This document shows, in pieces, positions 47,152-57,478 of a stretch of 64,000 nt of DNA. The notes below the pieces were generated by a model. That model did no database searches and had not been told where the DNA came from. It saw only the letters and a list, made by a program, of their open reading frames with translations. The translations under genes and the position numbers were made by a program. This DNA is from Dictyostelium discoideum (lineage: Eukaryota), in the NCBI GenBank assembly GCA_000004695.1, contig CM000152.2, positions 5,728,001-5,792,000 on the forward strand. The letters are read 5' to 3'. Each line of letters begins with the position of its first letter. Position 1 is the stretch's first letter.

Positions 47152-48981
47152 TTAATTTGCTAATTTAAAAGTAGTTTCTTCACAACCATATGCTTTTGGT
47201 GATAATTGAATTAAAGTATGTAATGGAATATTAATGAAGGGGCATTCTTCTTTAACTCTACCTTTGAGATAAGAATAGAGACAACGAAGAGTGGCTTGAT
47301 GAGAAACGATTAGGACTGGTGATTTAGTTCTTTCCAATTCTAATAATAGAGGTTCAAGACGTTGAATTACATCTTCATAACTTTCACCTCTTGGATAACG
47401 ATATTGAAGTTTATCAGAATCACGAGCAGCCCTTTCATCTGGCATTTTCTCTTGAATTTCTTCATAGGTCATACCATCGCAAACACCAGCATCAATTTCA
47501 TCCAATGCTCTCATTACAACCTTTGGTTGAGAGATATATTGAGCTGTACGAATTGCACGTTTCAAACTTGAGGTCCATACCACAACTTCACCATCGTAGC
47601 CGTCAGCACGGACTTTTGAACACCATTCACTAATCCAAACGGCCAATTGGTGGGCGTAGTTATCGCCACGTTCAGTGAGGTCGCTGTCGCCACCAATACG
47701 ATTTTGGGCGTTGAACTCGCTCTCGCCCTGACGGGTCAACCAGATGGGACGGGGGTGGAGGTTGGAGGTTCATGAGGAAGAACACCACCCTGCTTGGTAT
47801 GTACCCGGTGATGTTATTCACCTCGATCTTCTTGCCAACATCGAATAGCTTTATGTAGCGAGTTTTCTCGCCCTCCACAGTCTCATACACTTTTAGATAA
47901 TGATTGATTCTATCACGAAAGTCTTGCACGGCCTTGGAGGGATCCACACCCTGGTAATCGGGTGACAATAGTTTGGTCTCCTTAATGTTATGTTCGATCA
48001 CTGATGCATCATTACAAATTGATTCTACATAAACCACAGTCATCTTTTCACGAGTGCATCTTTTCTCTACTAATTGTCTTCTCTCGTTGGTGGAGTTGGT
48101 CGCATCGTAAATACCAACCCTACCACCGTTATGCAACCATGATATCATGTCGTCCAATGCCGCAACTGCCATATGCAATCTCGCCTTTATACCCTCTGGA
48201 TTATGTGGATCAAAGAAGTCATGTGGTTGTCCTGCACCAATTCTTAATCTTCTATATTCTCCAACATTAAACACCTTGGCTGGTACTAACATCCAATTTA
48301 ACATTCTACATATCTTTCTTGCAACATATGTTTTACCTCTTGCTGGTAATCCAACCATTACTAAAACTATCTTTTCTTTATCTAATCCTGTATAACCTTG
48401 TGATCTTTTTTTTGTATCTTCATCTTTTTAAAAATATAAAAAAAAAAAAAAAAATTAATTAATAATCTTTTTTTTTTTTTTTTTTTTTTTTTTCTTTTTT
48501 TTCTCTCTCTCTCTCTCTCTCTCCTACAACTTACTATACTCATGTCTAATTAATAATTCTTGATGTTCTTTTATATCATTAACATCAATAACTTGTTGTT
48601 CTTTATTTGTACCTTTATCAATTATAAGGAATTGAATATCAACATCTTTTGGAAATTCTGGAAACTTTTGTAAAAATAAAAATTTTAAATCTTCAACAGA
48701 AATACCTTTAAAATATGCTTTTTTAACTCTATCTTTAACTCTAAAAAATATTTCTCTACTATTTGGTATTGACGATGATGATGTTGTTGTTGTTGATGGT
48801 GTTGGTGAATTTACATTATAATTATTATTGTCATTATTATTATTTATATTAAAATTATTACCATATCTATTTGAAGAAGGTGATGATGACCCTGCTATAT
48901 TACTCCCAGGTGGTGATGAAGATGGTGATGATTTCGGTATTGAATAATTTGATTCATCATGGTCATTATGATTATTATCTA
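47152..48981 (-). CDS. 6-phosphofructo-2-kinase/fructose-2,6-bisphosphatase homolog with an upstream PB1-like exon; two exons resolved (48535..48981, 47152..48423), initiator exon not found; contains a frameshift
   Basis: 6PF2K Walker A VMVGLPARGKTYVARKICRMLNWMLVPAKVFNVGEYRR. The bisphosphatase part (LHPRPIWLTRQGESEFNAQNRIGGDSDLTERG...) sits in the other frame (ORF 47152..47739). Upstream exon ...REIFFRVKDRVKKAYFKGISVEDLKFLFLQKFPEFPKDVDIQFLIIDKG...ELLIRHEY has donor A|GTAAGT (48534) and acceptor AAAAAG| (48424), phase 1, reading straight into ...N-EDTKKRSQGYTGLDKEKIVLVMVGLPARGKT. Confidence 0.7.
47755..47768. repeat. 7-bp tandem duplication (top gtggagg/ttggagg; minus CCTCCAA/CCTCCAC) causing a +1 frameshift in the PFKFB homolog
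   Basis: Deleting one 7-mer restores ...FFLMN-LHPRPIWLTRQGESE..., which is continuous with both flanking ORFs. Confidence 0.7.
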
Positions 48982-49522
48982 CTGTTATTTGCGTTGTAAA
49001 TATATTATTTTATGATATTGATTTATGCATTTTATAATTTTTTTTTGTATAGCTGTTTTTTTTTTTATATTTTATATTTTTAATTTTATTTTTATTTTTA
49101 TTTTAATTATTTTTAGTACTATTTTACATTAAGGGAAAAAAAAAGTTTTTTTTTTTTTTTAAATTTGGTTAATTTTTTTAAAAATCAAAATTTAAATTTA
49201 TTTAAATTTCTTTTTTTTTTTTTTACTTTATTTCACAACAAAACTTTTATTAGAAAAAAAAAAAAAAAAAAAATTGAAATTTCAAAAATTTTATAAAAAA
49301 AAAAAAATAACCCCTAGAATAAAAAAAAAAAATAAAAAATAAATAAAAAATAAAAAAAAAAAAAAATATCCTGCATCACACCACACTAACAAAACATTTT
49401 TTTTTTTAATTTTTTGTTAATTTTCATTTTTTTTAATTTTTTTTTTTTAATTTTTTTTTTTATTTTATTTTTTTTTCATTTTTCCCCCATCCATTTGATT
49501 TGAAGATTGGATATAATAGGAA

Positions 49523-51929
49523 ATGGATCACCACAAACAATTGACATTACAAACCACATTAGAAAGTTGTAATAATTTATATAATTTATTATTTAATAGT
49601 ATTGGCTCAATTAAACCATCACAACAACAACAACAACAACAACAAAATCAAAAAAATACAAATTCAGTTACATCTAATACAAATATTATAAATGATCAAG
49701 AGATATTTAAATTAAATAAATTTCATTTATATGGTGAGAATAATATAGATGAATTATATAATTCAATAGAATTACAATTACAAACTATTAAATTCACATG
49801 CCAACAATATAGACAATGGGATAGCACAGAAAGAGATTCAATTAAATTTTTTAATACTCAAAAACTTTATAACCAATCACAACAACGTGGTAATTTAGTT
49901 TCAAAAACTTTATTTGATTGTTCATTACTTGGTAAAATTTATTTAAATCAACAAAAAGAACAACAACAACAACAAAAACAAAAAAATAAACAACAACAAC
50001 AACAACCACAACCATTAGTTGAAGATTTATCAAAAAATATTTCAAAAACAGTTGAAGTTAAAAGAAAATTAGGTTTATTAGCAGGTAAATTACAAGAAAT
50101 GACAAATGAATTAAATAATAAATATTCAACATTCTCTGTATTGGATGATTTATTAGGTTTATTAAAAAGTAATACTGAAATTGATTATAATTCAGATTCA
50201 TATGTTAGTTGTAATATTTCTTCTTCAACTTTTTTATTAGATGTAAGTTTTTTTATACTTTCCACCACCACCACTTCCACCATCACTACCACCACTACCA
50301 ACATCACCACCACCAACTCCAATTTATTAAATTTTATAAATTTATATATATTATATTTAGATTGATATTTATCATAATGGTGAAATTAAAGAAGTTAAAC
50401 TTGTACATATTTTAACAACTACTGGTGAAGTTGAACCAGCTGAACAACAATTTAATGATGAATTAACCAATTCATTGAAAACAGATATGAAAGAATTCAT
50501 TAAAAAAGTACAAAGAATTTGTGATTTAGATTTACTATTTAGAAAGTATAAACATTTTGATTTACAAAAAGCATTTTCAATTTTACAATCTGATTTTTTA
50601 AATATTTCAATTAATTCAAAGTAAGTTTTTTTTTTTTTTTTTAAACTTAATTACAATCAATCAATGAATAAATAAATAATGAATAATAAATAATAAATAA
50701 TAAATTTTAATTAATAAAATTTTATAAAAAAAAGTATAAAATATATTGATAATAAAGAAATTGAAATGAATAAAGGATTTGGTGAAATTAAATTAGATTG
50801 TTGTGGAGTTTTAATTAAATATTTTCAATCATATATTGAAAAGATATCAAAGATGAATGAACCTTATTCAATAATGATTGAAATGGAATCATCAGCAGTT
50901 ACAAATAATGGTTCATTAATTGATCAATCTGAATATTCAAGATTATCTTTAAAAACTTTATTACAAAAACAACAACATACTCAACCATCAGCTCAAACAG
51001 ATTATTCAGAACAACAACAACAACAATCAATATCAACACAATTAACATCAATTGAATTTAATGAGAAAGATTGTTTAGATTGTGAACCACTTTCATCAAT
51101 GTTGGAAAGTGATTCAATATTTTCACCAGTTAGATTGGTTTGTAAATTAAATAAACCAATTTTAATTACAAATCAACAATTATCAAAAATTTTAAATTTA
51201 TCAAAAATTCATAGATCATCACAACAGCCATCCCAACAACAGCCATCTCAACAACAACAACAACAACAACAACAACAGCAACAAAAGAAATTAAATTCAG
51301 TTGATGAATCAATGAATGAAAATGGTGATAGTAATATTATTGAAAATATTAATGAATTAATAAAGAAATATTCAATTCAAAATCTTTTAATATCATCATC
51401 ATCATCATCATCATCATCAAATGATTCAAATATTTCGGTGAATGTTGATAATAGTTTTGATTGTGAAGTTTATGGTATGAAACAAAGATATTATTATACA
51501 GGTGAATTTGAATTAGGAATTGAAATTTCAAGAATACCAATTTATCATCCAAGTCAAGTTTATCCAACAATTCAATTATTAAGACAACAAATTGTATTTA
51601 ATATTTTATTTAAAAGTTGTTTTCAAAATTTAAATATCTCTAAAAGTGATGATCATCATAATATTATTGATAATAATAATGATGTTAAAATTTTTGAAAT
51701 CACATCAAATCCACCAAATTCTATAAATATAATATTTTTACATCCAATTGATAATAGTTTTAACTCTATTGATATCTTTATAAAGAATAATGGAGATTTA
51801 GAAGCTTTCTATTATGATAATACAACAAATATCCAACCAAATATTCAAAAATCAACTTTATTTACAAAAATGTTGATAAAATCTTTATCAATTTCAGTTT
51901 CTTTAGCATGTTTTTTTAAAAATAAATAA
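49523..51929 (+). CDS. Gln/Ser-rich hypothetical protein, 3 exons (49523..50242, 50361..50620, 50735..51929), about 724 aa
   Basis: Donors GTAAGT at 50243 (phase 0) and 50621 (phase 2); acceptors ATTTAG(50360) and AAAAAG(50734). Joins ORF 49523..50365 to ORF 50766..51929 (AA+T makes an Asn codon, then IKYIDNKEIEMNKGFGEIK...). No confident family assignment. Confidence 0.65.
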
Positions 51930-53007
51930 TAGTAATAATAATTAAAAAAATAAAAAAACATTCTTTGGATTATTATATTTTATAAAATTAAAATTTTTTT
52001 TTTTTTTTATGTTGTAGCAAACTACATTATTTTTAGGTATTTTTAACGACCTGCACCAGGTTTTTAAAAATCTAAAATTGAAATTTCAATTTCAACCTTT
52101 ATTCATGAAATTTCATTATATATATATATATATATAATCTCGTTAAATATATTCTCATTTTTTTTATATTTATAGTCAAAATCAAAAATAAAAATAAAAA
52201 GACTAATTTTTTAATAAATAATTTTTATTATTTTTTTTTTCTTTTTTTTTTTTTTTTTTAAGAAACTGTGGCTGACTAATAATTTTTTACCTATATTGAA
52301 ATAAAATGTAATTAAAAAAATTTAAAAAAATAATTAGTAAAGTGATTTATTTTTTTAAATTTTAAAAAAATAAAAAAAATAATGAATATAAAAAATTACA
52401 TACATTCTGGTTTTTTCAAAGACACTAACAATACTCATATTTTCTAACCAAAAGTTTAAATTATTACTAAGATTAAATATTCCAGGCTATTAGTGCCAAC
52501 TGGGCCAATACAAACCCTACTAAGGGATTATGGTTTAGTGGTATATTTTTATTATTAATTTTTTATTTTAAGATTTAAAATAAAATCTTAAAAATACTAA
52601 AAGTTAATAATATTTAGTGTGTGGGAGAGATATTTTTTATTTATTTTATTATTAAATTGGGGTAATACCCAGTAAATCCGAAAAATCAAATGTTTTGTAT
52701 TTGATTTTCACGATATCTCGCTGTGCGGTCAAAATAAAATTAAATAACAACGAAAAAATTAAATTACCAAAAAAAAAAAAATTAAATTACCAAAAAAATT
52801 AAATTACCTAAAAAAAAAAAAATATAAATTGTGTGCTCCTGCTGGTATTTTTTTATTTATTTTACTTTTAAAAAATAGGAATATAATTTAAAAAGGTAAA
52901 AAATAAATAAATATATAAAAGAAAAACTTTTTAAAAAAAAAAAATATATTTATATATTAATATAGTTTTTTTAAAAAAAGATATAGAACTAAAAAATTCA
53001 AATAATC

Positions 53008-53208
53008 ATGTTAAAATTTTTAATAGCTATTTTAGTGATATTCTCATTACTTTCAAATTTAAATGCAGTAAATGCAGATAAATATAACTGTGTCTCCAAG
53101 TGTGCTTTTGCTGATCCAAATTATTATAAACTTTGCGCCTTTGGAACCAACGGAAAAGCTTGCAGAGAGATAGAAGAAAGATGTGTAAAGGGATGTCCAG
53201 ATCATTAA
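53008..53208 (+). CDS. candidate small secreted Cys-rich protein (66 aa)
   Basis: Signal peptide MLKFLIAILVIFSLLSNLNA, then 8 Cys in CxxxC/CxxGC patterns. Local GC enrichment typical of coding DNA in this genome. Confidence 0.45.
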   Translation: MLKFLIAILVIFSLLSNLNAVNADKYNCVSKCAFADPNYYKLCAFGTNGKACREIEERCVKGCPDH

Positions 53209-53538
53209 TAAAAATGATAAATAAATGTAAAGTTCATTGTTACTTTACGAATTTCAGTTTTATGAAAACTGAAAATAAAAAAAAATAAAAAATATAAACA
53301 ATTTTTCGTTTTTCACTTCCAATCTAAATAAAACATTCTTATTATCTATTTTTGGATTACTAACATATTTAATTATATAATTACTTTATTATTATTGTAC
53401 TTTACAGTTGTAATTTTTTTATATAAGATGACTTGAGATGAGTAACTGGAGTGTCTAATTTTAGGAATTTTAAAAAAAAAAATCAAATAATTTTTGTTCG
53501 ATTGATGTTGAATTATCATAAATTGATTTAATTCAACA

Positions 53539-53549
53539 GGAATCGAACC
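53539..53549 (-). promoter_or_regulatory. extra B-box (ex-B) downstream of tRNA-Ser(GCU)
   Basis: Minus-strand GGTTCGATTCC about 30 bp 3' of the tRNA. Confidence 0.45.
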
Positions 53550-53579
53550 TGTGATACAGGTTTTAATGCACTAAAAATT

Positions 53580-53660
53580 CGACACCTGCAGGGTTCGAAC
53601 CTGCGCCTCCGAAGAGAACGCCTTAGCAGGGCGCCGCATTAACCACTTTGCTAAGGTGTC
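53580..53660 (-). tRNA. tRNA-Ser (anticodon GCU)
   Basis: Minus strand, 81 nt: GACACCT-TA-GCA-AAGTGGTTAA-TGC-G-GCGCC-CUGCUAA-GGCGT, long variable arm, T-arm GCAGG-TTCGAAC-CCTGC, AGGTGTC-G. Confidence 0.85.
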
Positions 53661-53983
53661 ATTGAAAACCAAATGGGTTATACACTTTGCTAAGGAGTTA
53701 TCGAAACAAAACAACAACAATCTCTTTTTTTGACTATCTCAAGGAGAAGCAAATAATAATTGCGTTATCCAATTCAAAAAAAAAAAATCTCTTTTTTTGA
53801 TTATTTCATTTTTCATATAAAAAGACTTAAAAAACAAATAAATAAATAAATAAACTATTTTAAAAAGCCATATTTTTACTTTATTGTAATTTATTATTTG
53901 TTTTGTTTTGAAAAAAGAAAAAGATAATCAAAAACAACAACAACAATCTCTTTTTTGATTGTTTCATTTTTCATATAAAAAGA

Positions 53984-54017
<34 letters not shown>

Positions 54018-54446
54018 GGGAACCAATTTAATCAGAAAATTTCCAGATTTTTAACTTTTTAAAGTAAAATAAAAAAATAGAAAGAAAATAAGATGAAAAT
54101 TACAATCAACACCACAAATATTAAGCAACACAAATGCCTACAAAAAATAAGTGAAATTGTGGATAAAACTCAAATAAAAAAAACAATTCAAATATGTCAT
54201 CAAAATCAATCATGAAACTGATGATAAAATAAAAAAAGATTTAGAAAAAAGTTTTGACAAAAAAGATGTTTTAATCAAAAGTAATAATACAATTCAAAAT
54301 TTGAACCTAAAAAAAAAAAAAAAAAAAAAATAAAAATGCAAACTAACCCCTCTTTTAGAGACCCTGTAAAAAACTACAAATAAAATGAGATCTAGCATCT
54401 CAAGGAGAAGCAACTAATAATTGCGTTATCAAATCCAAAAAAAAAA

Positions 54447-54840
54447 GTGTCATCGAAAACCAAATGGGTAATACACTTTGTTAAGGTGTCATTGAAAACC
54501 AAATGGATAATAACTTTCTTAAGGTGTCATCGAAAACCAAATGGATAATACACTTTGTTAAGGTGTCATTGAAAACCAAATGGGTGATACACTTTGCTAA
54601 GGTGTCTTTGAAAACCAAATGGGTAATACACTTTGTTAAGGTGTATCGAAAACCAAATGGGTGATACACTTTGCTAAGGTGTCATTGAAAATTATTTGAG
54701 TGATACACTTTGCTAAGGTGTCATTAATAATTATTTGGGTGATACACTTTGCTAAAGTGTCATTAAAAACTATTTGAGTGATACACTTTGCTAAGGTGAT
54801 ACACTTTTCTAAGGTGTCATTGAGAACTATTTATGAAAAT
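54447..54840. repeat. tandem array of about 10 copies of a 38-39-bp unit (gtgtcattgaaaaccaaatgggt(a/g)atacactttg(c/t)taag) derived from the 5' end and upstream flank of tRNA-Ser(GCU); 1.5 further copies abut the tRNA at 53661..53712
   Basis: Unit boundaries at 54447, 54486, 54524, 54563, 54602, 54641, 54679, 54718, 54757, then partial copies. The 17 nt cactttgctaaggtgtc equals the first 17 nt of the tRNA (acceptor and D-arm). Confidence 0.85.
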
Positions 54841-55164
54841 TTTAAAGTTCACCTAATTTTTGGCCGGTCTTTAAAAAAATTCATATTGATATTCAATAAA
54901 CCATTCGATTGGGTTATTTACACCCAATCATATTGTATTTTTAGAATATTCATATGCCATAAAAAATAAAAATATGATAATATCCTCTAAAGTAATACTC
55001 TGCAAACTCGATTTCGAAAAAATAATAAAATGATGTGTTATCTGAAATTTTTGTTTAATCATTTTATCTTATTTCCAAAAAAAAAGAATAAAAAATGATA
55101 AAATTAAAAAAAAGTAAAATGATAAAAATATTAAAAAAAAACAGATTTTATAAATTTAAATCTG

Positions 55165-55195
<31 letters not shown>

Positions 55196-55277
55196 GTTTT
55201 AGGAGTGCCTCTATTTATCAATACCAAATCAATATTAAAAATAAATAAAATTTTATTATTTTAATTTTTAGTTGAAA

Positions 55278-55871
55278 CTAATAACAATTTTCAATTAACC
55301 ATTCAATTCCTTTATTTATACCTAATCCTGTTGCACTACTTGAATATTCAATATGCCATTTTTTATTGTATTTATTATCGTCATTTGATAATTCTAATAG
55401 TATTTCCAATTCTGAAATTGTTATAGGATTATCACGATTAAGTTCATAATAAGTGTGTCTTTGATCTTCCTTAAACAAAAATTCTTTATCATACTTATTT
55501 AAATAAATTAAAATTGGAATTTGTTTTAAATCAATTTGATCATTTAATAGTTTTAAAATTTCAAATTTAACTTCATCAATTTTTTCTCTATCTAAACAAT
55601 TAACTACAAATATTATTGCCGATATTTCTTTATAATAATATTTCCATAAATTATTATTTATTGAACAACCACCTTTAACATCGAATATAGTAAAAGTTGC
55701 ACCATTTAATTCAATATCTTCATAATTAAACCCAATTGTTGGTATGGTTTTTTGAATTTTATTAGTTTTCATTTTATATAACATTGTAGTTTTACCACTA
55801 TCATCAATTCCAATCATTAATATTTTTTTACCAATTTTACAATTTGTTAGTTTAAATATTAAATTTCCCAT
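55278..55871 (-). CDS. Arf-like (ARL) small GTPase, single exon, 197 aa
   Basis: MGN N-terminus (myristoylation-type), G1 ILMIGIDDSGKTT, G3 DVKGG, G4 NKYD. Divergent from canonical Arf (DVGGQ/NKQD). Confidence 0.75.
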   Translation of the reverse strand: MGNLIFKLTNCKIGKKILMIGIDDSGKTTMLYKMKTNKIQKTIPTIGFNYEDIELNGATFTIFDVKGGCSINNNLWKYYYKEISAIIFVVNCLDREKIDEVKFEILKLLNDQIDLKQIPILIYLNKYDKEFLFKEDQRHTYYELNRDNPITISELEILLELSNDDNKYNKKWHIEYSSSATGLGINKGIEWLIENCY

Positions 55872-56743
55872 TTTTTTCTTACAATAATTTTAGGTATTTA
55901 TAAAAAAAAATGATTTTTTTTTTGTTTTGAAAAAAAAAAAAAAAAATAAATGAATGAAAAAATAAATGAATGAAAAAATAAAAATAAAAAAAAAAATAAA
56001 AATAAAAATATAAAAAAAAACAACAAGGCAATTACCTTGTCAGTTAAAAAAAAATAAAAAAAATAATAAAAAATAATTGATGATATATATCTTTAAATAA
56101 TTTAATATTGAATAACAACGTCTAACATTGCATGTGGTAAAATTTAAAACTTTACCAAAAATTAATTTTTGGGTTATTAGTTTTTTAAATTTCTATTTAT
56201 ATAAAATAATAGTTTTACCCCTTATCATCAACCATTAATGCTCCTATTATCAATTTTTTGATTTTAATATTAAATATTAATTTCTCTTTGATTTTTTTAT
56301 CTTTTTTTTTTTTTTTTTTTAGATATTTTACAACCAAAAAAAAAAAAAAAAATTAAAAATTAAATAAAAAAAATAATTCTTTTAAAATAAATCATTAATA
56401 AAAATCTTTATTTATTTATTTATTTTATTTTTTTTTTTTTTATTTTTTTTTATTTTTTTTTATTTTTTTTTTTATTTAGATTTCGTTTCTCCGTGTATTA
56501 AATCTTTTTTAATGGGTAAAATGAAACCAAAAAAAAATGGAAAATTTGCAAAATGCACATTCACTTCCCATAGTGCACTCGCTTTTTGACCAATAGTTCG
56601 TTTTTGCTATAAAAAAAAAATTTTTTTTTTTTTTCATCAAATGGATTTTTTTAAAGCATTAACTTTTTATTTTTTGAAAAAAAAAAAAAATTATAATAAT
56701 ATAATTTTAAAATCTGAAGATGTTTTTTTTTAATATTCTCTCT

Positions 56744-56779
<36 letters not shown>

Positions 56780-57148
56780 TGTTGTATTAAAATATAAATA
56801 TGTGTATGTTAAAAAAATAAAAATTAAAAAGATTTTCAAAAAACAAAAATAAATATAACAAGTAAGAAAAAAAAAAAAAAAAAAAACAAATCATAAAAAC
56901 CACACGTTCAACGAATTTTGTTATAAATAAACGAAATCAAACGAGATATCATCGTTTTTTTTTTTTTTTGCTTTTTTTTTTTTGTCAATCATTCATACCA
57001 TTTTTTTTTTTTTTTTGAAAATATCTGGTGATTTTGAATTTGTTTAGTTTTTTTTTTATTTTATTTTTATTTTATTTTATTTTATTTTTTTTTTTTTTAT
57101 TTTTTTTTTATTTTGACAAATTGATATAATCACCTTCTTGGTAGCAAT

Positions 57149-57225
<77 letters not shown>

Positions 57226-57478
57226 CATAACAAACATTTTTTTTAAATAAAAAAGAGATAAATTAATACTAATAAAAATTAAAAATAATAATAATAAATA
57301 AAAAAAATAATAAAAAATAAAAAAATAACAAAAACAAAAATAATAAAAATAGACAAATTAAAATAAAAAACCCTAAACAAAAAAAAAATAAAAAAATAAA
57401 ATTTTGAACATACACAAAATTCGTAAAGGGGGTGATTTTTTTTAATCAAAAAAAAAAAAATTAAAAAAATAAAATAAA

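Noticed and set aside
47362-48395. Antisense ORFs 47362..47571, 47391..47633, 48004..48270, 48147..48395
   Set aside because: They lie within and opposite the PFKFB exon, whose GC-richness lengthens random ORFs; no homology.
48421-48423. ATG at 48423 as the start codon of the PFKFB homolog
   Set aside because: It is out of frame with the kinase domain (stop after 13 codons); the same position works instead as a phase-1 acceptor for the upstream PB1-like exon.
49020-49520. Search for the missing initiator exon of the PFKFB homolog on the minus strand
   Set aside because: Candidate ATGs (around 49014, 49360, 49415) lack a GT donor in the required phase 1; 5' end left open.
54447-54840. Considered a CRISPR-like array
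   Set aside because: Direct head-to-tail repeats with no unique spacers, eukaryotic context, and derived from a tRNA flank; it is a minisatellite, not CRISPR.
54481-54969. ORFs 54481..54669 (minus) and 54778..54969 (plus)
   Set aside because: Generated by the 39-bp tandem repeat; the repetitive peptide (CITHLVF...TLxKCI) mirrors the repeat period.
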